Below are positions 1-6,501 of a stretch of 9,936 bases of DNA, one piece after another (within the stretch, counting starts at the first letter, position 1; each line of letters opens with the position of its first letter). This DNA comes from an archaeon. GTDB lineage: Archaea; Iainarchaeota; Iainarchaeia; Iainarchaeales; CSSED10-239. The position numbers and the translations under genes were made by a program. The stretch spans positions 1 to 9,936 of the forward strand of contig DAOOON010000008.1 in NCBI GenBank assembly GCA_035387745.1, in the 5' to 3' direction. The notes under the pieces were generated by a model. That model saw only the letters and a list, made by a program, of their open reading frames with translations. It was not told where the DNA came from and did no database searches.

Positions 1-786
1 AAGAAAGCAGATATTGGCATAGCTATGGGAATTAAAGGCACAGAGGCCACAAAAGAGGTTGCTGACGTTGTTCTAAAAGACGATAATTATTCAAGTATTA
101 TTTCTGCAATTAAAGAGGGCAGAAGAATATATGATAATATTTTGTTGTTTGTCAAGTACATGCTAGCAGTTAATTTTGATTTATTAATTATTGTAGCTTT
201 ACTTACAATTTTGGCTTTTCCTATACCACTACTTGCGTTACAGATTCTTTGGATTAATCTTGTAACTGATTCTTTACCGGCTATTGCTCTTGGTAGAAAA
301 CCTGCAACAAAAGATATAATGTTAAGAAAACCAAACAAGCACACCGGTAATTCTTTCAAGTCTTTTACAACTTTTATAATTATTGCTTTAGTTGTTAAAA
401 TTATAGGTGAAATAATTTTGTTTTCTTATGGTCTTAATATTGATACAAGTATGGGTATCAATCCTTTTGATATTAGTCAGCCATCTTATGCAAGGACTTT
501 GTTATTAACGGGCATTGTAGTTTTTGAACTAATATTTGCATTTGCTTGTAATTCAGAAGGGTCCTTTAGCCCAAAGAGATTATTTTCTAACAAGATGCTT
601 ATAGGAAGCGTTATTTTGGTTTTAGCTTTACAATTATTTTTAATATACAATCCATTTATGCAAAATGCTTTTAATGCAGTGGCATTATCTTTTAAGGATT
701 GGTTAATGGTTTTAGCATTTGGATTGTTTTCTTTTATAATTATTCCAATTACTAATTTTTTAGAAAAAATAAGATCAAAAAGTTAA
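1..786 (+). CDS. P-type (E1-E2) cation-transporting ATPase, C-terminal fragment; the 5' end lies outside the window
   Basis: Frame 1 is open from base 1 (KKADIGIAMGIKGTEATKEVADVVLKDDNYSSIISAIKEGRRIYDNI...), so the ORF-track start at 25 is an internal Met. The hinge motif (D-x-G-IAMG..GT..AKE.AD.VL.DDNF) and the TM5/6 motif LQILWINLVTDSLPAIALG are typical of type II, Ca2+-ATPase-like pumps. Several C-terminal TM helices follow. Stop TAA at 784-786. Confidence 0.85.
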   Translation, partial: KKADIGIAMGIKGTEATKEVADVVLKDDNYSSIISAIKEGRRIYDNILLFVKYMLAVNFDLLIIVALLTILAFPIPLLALQILWINLVTDSLPAIALGRKPATKDIMLRKPNKHTGNSFKSFTTFIIIALVVKIIGEIILFSYGLNIDTSMGINPFDISQPSYARTLLLTGIVVFELIFAFACNSEGSFSPKRLFSNKMLIGSVILVLALQLFLIYNPFMQNAFNAVALSFKDWLMVLAFGLFSFIIIPITNFLEKIRSKS

Positions 787-1535
787 TTTCTTTTTATTTC
801 TTTTCTAAAATAGAAAAGATATCTTAAGAAAAGAATAGAGTACTTAAAGATTTTAACGCTTGTTTCTTTTTGTTCTTTCCAAGTAACAGGATAGTCAGTA
901 ATTTTAAGGCCTTTATATTTTGCTAAAACCAGAAGCTCTGTGTCAAAGAACATATTGTTTCTGTCTCCTGATAGTCTTTTTTTAAGAAATAGCTCTTTTA
1001 TCTCATAATATGCTCTCTTATTAATTGCCTTAAAGCCACACTGTGTATCTGTAAAGCTTGTACCCAAAAGCATCTTTTGCAGAAAAAGATATCCTTTGCT
1101 TATAATATATCTCCCTATTGTTCTTTTGGTTTTAGATTCTTTATGGTATCTACTGCCATAAACCAAATCATAGTTTTCTTTAGTAATTTTTTTTATCAAC
1201 CCAGGAAAAGCATCTATTCCGGTTGCAAGGTCTGCATCCATAAATGAGAGAATATCGTAGTTCTTTCCAGTATTATGCCAGGAATACTTGATTGCAATGC
1301 CCTTTCCTTGTTCTTTAACAAAAGTGTACTTGACAGTAGAGTATTTCTTTTCTAGTTTTTTTGCAATATCTTTTGTGTTGTCTTTAGAGTTATTATCTGC
1401 AATATCAATCAGGTATGGTTCTTTAAGTTTTTTAGAAAGAAAACTATTAAGTCTAGTTATGTTTTTTTCTAGTTTCTTGTCTTCGTTATAGCAAGGTATT
1501 GTTATTAATATTTTCGTGTTTTTCAATTTTTTCAC
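783..1535 (-). CDS. GT2 family polyprenyl/dolichyl-phosphate hexosyltransferase (ALG5 / GtrB / ArnC-like)
   Basis: Motifs present are the N-terminal ILITIPCYNE, ADNNSKDNT, GKGIAIKYSW, the DxD motif FMDADL, YGSR and TDTQCGFKAI (the DTQCGFK signature of ALG5-type Dol-P-Glc synthases). The start codon at 1533-1535 is GTG, not ATG, and has no clear SD, so the exact start is uncertain (a TTG lies 3 codons downstream). It sits 9 nt after the upstream GT-C gene. Confidence 0.85.
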   Translation of the reverse strand: MKKLKNTKILITIPCYNEDKKLEKNITRLNSFLSKKLKEPYLIDIADNNSKDNTKDIAKKLEKKYSTVKYTFVKEQGKGIAIKYSWHNTGKNYDILSFMDADLATGIDAFPGLIKKITKENYDLVYGSRYHKESKTKRTIGRYIISKGYLFLQKMLLGTSFTDTQCGFKAINKRAYYEIKELFLKKRLSGDRNNMFFDTELLVLAKYKGLKITDYPVTWKEQKETSVKIFKYSILFLRYLFYFRKEIKRN

Positions 1536-1544
1536 AATTTATTT

Positions 1545-3023
1545 TTATTTTTCTGAGTTAATAAAATAACAGATATTTTCTATTGGCTTTATTTTATTAA
1601 ATAAAATATTACAGGGATTAGTATATAATGAATTATGGATATAAAATAGTTCTACATAGTTTTCTTTTAGTTTACAATTTTTTAAATCTCCTAGTATCAT
1701 GATGTTGTTTGTTTTAATTATTGTGGGCAATTGATTTTCTAATGCTATTATTTGTTCTTTTGAACGAGTAGGAGTATATAGAAACAAAACTTTATCCTGA
1801 TAATTTGGAATATCTTTAATATATATTTCTATTGGTAACATAATAATATTAGAATCCAAATAATTATAGAATGTCCAGGCATCAGAGTACATTACACAAT
1901 CTTCTAAATTATTTTTATAGATTGTGTTTATGGCATTTTTATATCTAGTAATATATGGATAATCTAATTTATAGGTTTCTTCTAATATTTTAATAGAACT
2001 AATAAGCACAGAAAAAATTAGTAGAATATATATCGTTATTAAATAAATGCGATGTAATTTAATTTTGTGTTTTTTAATTTTTTCAGCAATTGATGTTATA
2101 CCAACATATGTAAAATAACCAATTGGAAGCATTAATGTGAAAAGATATCTCATGTCTTTAAAGGGGGTTGAAAAATAGGTGTGTATTGTATATATTGTTA
2201 ATAAAAGCATTATTATAGAAAAGGAATTATTTAGAGGTTTAGCGTTTTTATTTTTTTTAATCAATTTATAAAGAATATATAATAGGCCAATTAATGTAAA
2301 TACAAATAAAATTGATTGGACACTAATAAAATGAATAAGTTTTGGAGCTTGTGCAATATCTAATCTAGAAGTAATGTTTTGATGATATTGGTCTGCTATA
2401 CTTGTAAAGAAATTACCAAATTTTAGTTTGCTGTAAATAAACCAAGGTATAAAAGTTAAGCAAAATAAGATTATAGATTTAATTTTTTTGTCTATTCCTT
2501 TATGAAACAGTAAAATAACGCCAAAAACAATTCCAGTATATCTGGTTAATGCAGAAAAACCAATAAATAACCCAGAGATCCAATTATTTTTTATAATAAA
2601 ATATATCCCTAATAATAATAGGGCTACTGAAAGTAATTCTGTGCCGTTTATTTGTCCAAAATAAAGAACGAACGGAGTAAATAATATTAGATAGAATAAT
2701 TCTGTATTAAAATTTAATTGTTTAGATATTAATATAATACTTAAACAGAATAGTGCACTTACAATTATAATATATATTATTTCTGCAGCAGCATATCCTA
2801 AAATTTGTGCAAATAATCCAATAATAAAAGAAGTTAGTGGGGGTCTAAATGTTTCAAAATAAAGTCCGGAATTAAACATGTTTTTTGCATTTAAAACATA
2901 TGATATAAAATCCCAAGAAATTGTAAATTGATGTTGAATTATAAAGAAAAGTGTTGTAAATAAAAATATAAATAATACAAATTTATATTTTTTTAATAAG
3001 CCCATTATCGTTTTTGAATTCAT
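1545..3023 (-). CDS. Polytopic membrane glycosyltransferase with a GT-C fold (ArnT / PMT_2-like), carrying a C-terminal soluble domain of about 160 aa
   Basis: The protein is 492 aa. About 330 aa contain many predicted TM helices. The first extracytoplasmic loop reads ISWDFISYVLNAKNMFNSGLYFETFRPPL, which matches the acidic-residue ... PPL pattern of ArnT/PMT_2-type GT-C enzymes. The C-terminal region is non-hydrophobic. ATG at 3021-3023 is preceded by GGGTG (SD-like, 3034-3038). The gene lies immediately upstream of a Dol-P-sugar synthase-like GT2. Confidence 0.65.
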   Translation of the reverse strand: MNSKTIMGLLKKYKFVLFIFLFTTLFFIIQHQFTISWDFISYVLNAKNMFNSGLYFETFRPPLTSFIIGLFAQILGYAAAEIIYIIIVSALFCLSIILISKQLNFNTELFYLILFTPFVLYFGQINGTELLSVALLLLGIYFIIKNNWISGLFIGFSALTRYTGIVFGVILLFHKGIDKKIKSIILFCLTFIPWFIYSKLKFGNFFTSIADQYHQNITSRLDIAQAPKLIHFISVQSILFVFTLIGLLYILYKLIKKNKNAKPLNNSFSIIMLLLTIYTIHTYFSTPFKDMRYLFTLMLPIGYFTYVGITSIAEKIKKHKIKLHRIYLITIYILLIFSVLISSIKILEETYKLDYPYITRYKNAINTIYKNNLEDCVMYSDAWTFYNYLDSNIIMLPIEIYIKDIPNYQDKVLFLYTPTRSKEQIIALENQLPTIIKTNNIMILGDLKNCKLKENYVELFYIHNSLYTNPCNILFNKIKPIENICYFINSEK

Positions 3024-3042
3024 TTTATTTTAGGCACCCGTT

Positions 3043-3786
3043 TTATTCAAGTAATATCATCAACAGCATAATCCCAATTCCAAGAAGTAATCCAATAAGC
3101 TGAATGCTTGTTTTTTTAAGACCAATGTCTTTTTTCATTTCTGGTATTAGATCTGCTGTTGCGATGTAAATAAATCCACCTGCTGTAAAAGCAATCATTA
3201 TTCCTGCAAAAGAAGTAATGCTTTTGCTTAATAGCAGGCCAACAATGCCTCCAAATATTGCAGTAAGAGAAATTAAAAAATTCATTAATAATGCTTTCTT
3301 TTTAGAATAACCAGCATAAATTAATACTCCAAAATCTCCAACTTCTTGAGGAATCTCATGCAAAAGGACAGCAATAGTTGTTGCAATACCAAGAGGAATA
3401 CTAACAACATAGCTTGTTGCTATGATTATTCCATCTAAAAAGTTATGAAAAGCATCCCCCAGAAGGTTCATTGCAGCTAAAGGGTGTGGATGTTCTTTAG
3501 AGGTTGGCTGATGGCAATGTCTCCAATGTATTATTTTTTCTAAAATAAAGAAAGCTAAGATTCCTGAAATTATTGCTAAAGGTATAAAGTTAATGCCTGA
3601 TTCCATGGCCTCAGGTAAAAGATGTAAAAATGAATCTCCTAGTAAAGCACCAGCAGAAAAACTAATTAAAAAAAGCAAAACAATTGGTAAATGCTTGTCT
3701 TTTGTAAAGAATAAAGTTATTCCAATAATTGAAATAATACTTACAACAAATATGCTAATTAATGTATAAATATATATAGACATCAT
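3043..3786 (-). CDS. ZIP family divalent metal (Zn2+/Fe2+) transporter
   Basis: Contains the ZIP signature LHEIPQEVGDFGVLIYAG, a His-rich loop (HWRHCHQPTSKEHPHP) and about 8 TM helices in 247 aa. Two tandem ATG codons occur at 3781-3786. No SD-like motif lies upstream. Confidence 0.88.
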   Translation of the reverse strand: MMSIYIYTLISIFVVSIISIIGITLFFTKDKHLPIVLLFLISFSAGALLGDSFLHLLPEAMESGINFIPLAIISGILAFFILEKIIHWRHCHQPTSKEHPHPLAAMNLLGDAFHNFLDGIIIATSYVVSIPLGIATTIAVLLHEIPQEVGDFGVLIYAGYSKKKALLMNFLISLTAIFGGIVGLLLSKSITSFAGIMIAFTAGGFIYIATADLIPEMKKDIGLKKTSIQLIGLLLGIGIMLLMILLE

Positions 3787-3808
3787 ATAATAATTATCAA
3801 GAATACAA

Positions 3809-3816
3809 TTTATAAA
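3809..3816. promoter_or_regulatory. Palindromic TATA-like box (TTTATAAA) in the 69-bp divergent intergenic region; possible bidirectional archaeal-type promoter
   Basis: TTTATAAA equals its own reverse complement. Its centre lies about 26 nt from the ZIP ATG at 3786, which fits a leaderless transcript. It lies about 27 nt upstream of GTGAGGT (3840-3846), the SD of the + strand gene. It is flanked by the imperfect inverted repeat TCAAGAA (3797-3803) / CTTTTGA (3819-3825). Confidence 0.3.
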
Positions 3817-3855
3817 CGCTTTTGAAATATAGAATATATGTGAGGTAATAATAAA

Positions 3856-4647
3856 ATGCCAAGAAAATTTGGAAAAATAAGAGAACCAATAATTAGTATA
3901 AAACGAATAAAAAGAGGCGTTCCAGAAAAAGAAGAATGGCCAATGTCTTTTGGTAAAAAAGAAAGATTTATTAGTAATCCTCTATATTTAGACACGGTTG
4001 TAAATATTAATACAAAAAATAAATCCCCTAAAATTTTGATAATGGGTCCAGGACTTGGCGAAGAAATAATAGAGTTTGATAGCTTTTTAAAAACACACAA
4101 ACATATTAATCCACAAATTGAATCACTAGGAATAACCAATCAACTAACAAAAGATGCTCTAAAAACAGTAAAAAAAGATCATTCTCTTGGTATTGCTTTA
4201 GAAGAGATTGATCCAGAAAACCCCATACATAAGCAAGCTATAAAAAAATTAATTGGGAGATTTGATTATATAATTGCGCCAGTTAGTGTTGGTATTCACA
4301 CAAGATATCCTGCATATAATTGTTTTTTGTGTGCCTTAGCATTAAAACCGCAAGGAGAAGCCAGAATCAATATTATGAATCCAGAATCTATAAAGAGCCA
4401 TATGGATCTTTACAAACACCAACTAACAGAAACTTCAGAACAATATACTCCCACAGAAATAAGAAACATTACTGCAAATTTTAAGCTTGCAAAATTAAAT
4501 TATAATCAAGTAAGTAAAATAGAAAAAATAATATATAGAATGTTAAACTCTTATTTTAAAAAAGATGTAAAAGACCAGTTTTTTATTAAAATAAGAACAG
4601 ATTCTAGTTCCAAACACCAGATAATAGTAATAAAAAGGAATTATTAA
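3856..4647 (+). CDS. Hypothetical protein, 263 aa, with a weak Rossmann / class I methyltransferase-like motif pattern
   Basis: ATG at 3856 is preceded by GAGGT (3842-3846). KILIMGPGLGEEIIEF resembles SAM-MTase motif I. GRFDYIIAP and LKPQGEARI resemble motifs II and III. I recognise no confident family. The N-terminus is basic (PRKFGKIREPIISIKRIKRG). An 11-nt gap separates it from the downstream PRT gene. Confidence 0.65.
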   Translation: MPRKFGKIREPIISIKRIKRGVPEKEEWPMSFGKKERFISNPLYLDTVVNINTKNKSPKILIMGPGLGEEIIEFDSFLKTHKHINPQIESLGITNQLTKDALKTVKKDHSLGIALEEIDPENPIHKQAIKKLIGRFDYIIAPVSVGIHTRYPAYNCFLCALALKPQGEARINIMNPESIKSHMDLYKHQLTETSEQYTPTEIRNITANFKLAKLNYNQVSKIEKIIYRMLNSYFKKDVKDQFFIKIRTDSSSKHQIIVIKRNY

Positions 4648-4658
4648 AGTGATAAATT

Positions 4659-5123
4659 ATGCCCGAAACCATAAAAGTAAATTATAAACAAGTAGAGAAT
4701 TTTTGTTTAGAAATATTTAAAGACATTTCAAAAACAAAATTTCAACCAGATTGTGTAATTGGTGTTTCTGTTGGGGGGGTCTTTCCGGCAATCCATTTTG
4801 CCAGATTGTTTAATACTAAAAACCTTCTAACAATTGCAGTAAAGTCCTATGATGGCAAAAAAAGAAAAGAAATACAAGTGATTAATCTTCCAAAAAAAGA
4901 ATCTCTTCTAGGAAAGAAAGTGCTTTTGATTGATGATATCTCCGATAGTGGGAGCACTCTAAAATTTATTGTAAATCTTTTAAAGAAAGAATATAAGGTT
5001 AAAGAAATAAAAACCACAACAATATTTGTAAACGAAGAACATTGTAAATACTATCCAGACTTCTATTCAAAAAAAGTAAATAAATGGCTAGACTTTCCAT
5101 GGGATAGATTTGAAAAAAAGTAA
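4659..5123 (+). CDS. gpt: Purine phosphoribosyltransferase, xanthine-guanine PRT (Gpt)-like
   Basis: At 154 aa it has the same size and architecture as E. coli Gpt. Shared elements are VIGVSVGGVFPA (compare IIAVSRGGLVPG), SYD...KEIQVI, the PRPP-binding motif VLLIDDISDSGSTL and the C-terminal WLDFPWD (compare WIEQPWD). GTGAT SD-like motif at 4649-4653. Confidence 0.82.
   Translation: MPETIKVNYKQVENFCLEIFKDISKTKFQPDCVIGVSVGGVFPAIHFARLFNTKNLLTIAVKSYDGKKRKEIQVINLPKKESLLGKKVLLIDDISDSGSTLKFIVNLLKKEYKVKEIKTTTIFVNEEHCKYYPDFYSKKVNKWLDFPWDRFEKK
5113..5119 (-). terminator. Oligo-T tract (T7 on the minus strand) downstream of tRNA-Thr and the hairpin element; candidate archaeal-type terminator
   Basis: The minus strand reads ...GCGCGCAATGGTTAC-TTTTTTT-CA. 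It is the only T run of 5 or more downstream of the ABC/tRNA transcription unit. It lies inside the last codons (GAA AAA AAG TAA) of the convergent gpt gene. Confidence 0.4.
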
Positions 5124-5125
5124 CC

Positions 5126-5155
5126 ATTGCGCGCTAACCAGAGCGAAACCGGCTA
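5126..5155 (-). repeat. GC-rich hairpin element, copy A (3' trailer of tRNA-Thr)
   Basis: Minus strand: TAGCCGG-TTTCGCT-CTGGTTA-GCGCGCAAT. The stem is 7 bp with two G.U pairs and a 7-nt loop. It shares the 14-nt core AGCCGGTTTCGCTC and the 9-nt tail GCGCGCAAT with copy B at 7799-7827. It is a strong GC island in AT-rich DNA. Confidence 0.65.
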
Positions 5156-5227
5156 AGCTCCTAGTGGGATTTGAACCCACGACCTCCGGTTTACAAGACC
5201 AGCGCTCTACCACTGAGCTATAGAAGC
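5156..5227 (-). tRNA. tRNA-Thr (anticodon UGU), 72 nt, no encoded CCA, no intron
   Basis: The reverse complement folds as a canonical cloverleaf: GCTTCTA-TA-GCTC-AGTGGTA-GAGC-G-CTGGT-CTTGTAA-ACCGG-AGGTC-GTGGG-TTCAAAT-CCCAC-TAGGAGC-T. The acceptor stem is 7 bp (one G.U), the D stem 4 bp, the anticodon stem 5 bp and the T stem 5 bp. The T loop is TTCAAAT, the anticodon TGT and the discriminator U. Confidence 0.93.
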
Positions 5228-5246
5228 AAGAAATAAGTCCTTTTGT

Positions 5247-5255
5247 CTATATAAT
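5247..5255 (-). promoter_or_regulatory. TATA-like box (minus strand ATTATATAG) about 24 nt upstream of the tRNA-Thr 5' end
   Basis: The spacing fits an archaeal TATA box at about -26, with an A-rich BRE-like stretch (AAATAAAAT) just upstream. The context is AT-rich, so a chance match is possible. Confidence 0.35.
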
Positions 5256-5286
5256 ATTTTATTTAAGAAATATTTATAAATGGATT

Positions 5287-6501
5287 TTATTGCTGCCTTA
5301 AAGCATCAACAATATTCATCTTTGCTGCAGCTCTAGCAGGGAAAAGCCCAGATACCAAACCAACAATCAACGATAATAACAATGTCATAATAACTAACCA
5401 AGGAGTAATGTGTATTGTAAGCATTGTAAAGTTATGTGTTGCTGCATAAAGTATTACAAGTCTTGCAATTCCAATTCCTGCAAAAAAGCCAATAATTCCT
5501 CCGACAACAGTTAACACCACAGATTCAAATACAAATATAAAAGTGATATCTGAAATTCTTGCACCAATTGATTTTAAAACCCCAATCTCTTTTGTCCTCT
5601 CAAGAACAGAAGTAAATACAGAGTTAGCAATACCAAGAGACGCGACAATTAATGAAATTCCTGCAATTGCAATAAGAATTGATCTCATCATATTCATAAC
5701 TCTTCTGATTAGTTCTAAAAAAGATTCAGAACTTATAACTGTATATGTGTCCTCTTCTCTTGTTTTTTTAAGTATTCTTTCTATTTTTTTAACTACCAAG
5801 TCAGCATCTGCATCTTCTTTGGATTTAATCATCATGTAGTTTACAGTTTCTCCATAATCATCAACAGCAAGTCCTGCTTTTCTTCCAATATATATAGAAC
5901 TATCGTCTGATTCATTTCCAACTGCTTCTAATATGCCGCCAACTTTAAAATCAACATCATTAATCTTAATTGTATCTCCAACTTTTATTTCTCTATTAAA
6001 TGCTTCTTTTGCAAGGTATGGTCCAATAATTGCAATATATCCGTCTTTTCCATCAAAGCTTTTTCCTTTATCTATTCTAACATCAAAAAACTTAAACATA
6101 GAGTCCAGTTTATCAGAAGGGATAGTAACTACATAAACAAAAAGCTCTTCTCCTTTATATTCTCCTTTAGCTGTAAAGAAATTCATTGCATATACTTCTT
6201 CAACTTCTGCAATCTTAGAAATACTATATGCTTCGCTCATCTTTAACCTATTTTCTTCTGATACTCTTCCAGAAGTATTTGGATTGCCATTAAATGCAGG
6301 CATCACAAAAATAGAATTTGCACCCATCTTATTAAATTGGTCAGTGACTGCTGCAAGCATTCCTTCGCTTAAAACAATTAATGCAACAACTGAAGCAACA
6401 CCTATGATTACAGAAAGAATAGTTAAGGTTGACCTCAACTTCTTTCTGAATATATTCTTTATGGTGAGATTAATCAACGATTTATATTTTTCTGAACTCA
6501 T
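5287..6501 (-). CDS. MacB/FtsX-family ABC permease 2 (TM1, extracytoplasmic domain of about 230 aa, then 3 TM)
   Basis: The N-terminus reads IKNIFRKKLRSTLTILSVIIGVASVVALI (TM1), followed by a large soluble loop and a C-terminal FtsX domain (ERTKEIGVLKSIGARISDITFIFVFESVV...). The ending is VDALRQQ. Its ATG directly abuts the stop of the upstream gene (TAAATG at 6499-6504). AGGA lies 5 nt upstream. Confidence 0.9.
   Translation of the reverse strand: MSSEKYKSLINLTIKNIFRKKLRSTLTILSVIIGVASVVALIVLSEGMLAAVTDQFNKMGANSIFVMPAFNGNPNTSGRVSEENRLKMSEAYSISKIAEVEEVYAMNFFTAKGEYKGEELFVYVVTIPSDKLDSMFKFFDVRIDKGKSFDGKDGYIAIIGPYLAKEAFNREIKVGDTIKINDVDFKVGGILEAVGNESDDSSIYIGRKAGLAVDDYGETVNYMMIKSKEDADADLVVKKIERILKKTREEDTYTVISSESFLELIRRVMNMMRSILIAIAGISLIVASLGIANSVFTSVLERTKEIGVLKSIGARISDITFIFVFESVVLTVVGGIIGFFAGIGIARLVILYAATHNFTMLTIHITPWLVIMTLLLSLIVGLVSGLFPARAAAKMNIVDALRQQ

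Noticed and set aside
4659-5123. The phosphoribosyltransferase could be the effector of a defence system, since PRTase domains occur in some retron and anti-phage loci.
   Set aside because: Its size and motif order match housekeeping Gpt closely, including the C-terminal W-x-x-x-PWD. No reverse transcriptase, ncRNA-like repeat, nuclease or ATPase partner is adjacent. Purine salvage is expected in a reduced genome.
5126-5155. The GC-rich element could be a tRNA half, a split-tRNA fragment or a tRNA pseudogene.
   Set aside because: The loop TTTCGCT does not fit the T-loop consensus (TTCRANN). No anticodon or D-arm partner is nearby. The element is only about 29 nt and has no acceptor-like complement.
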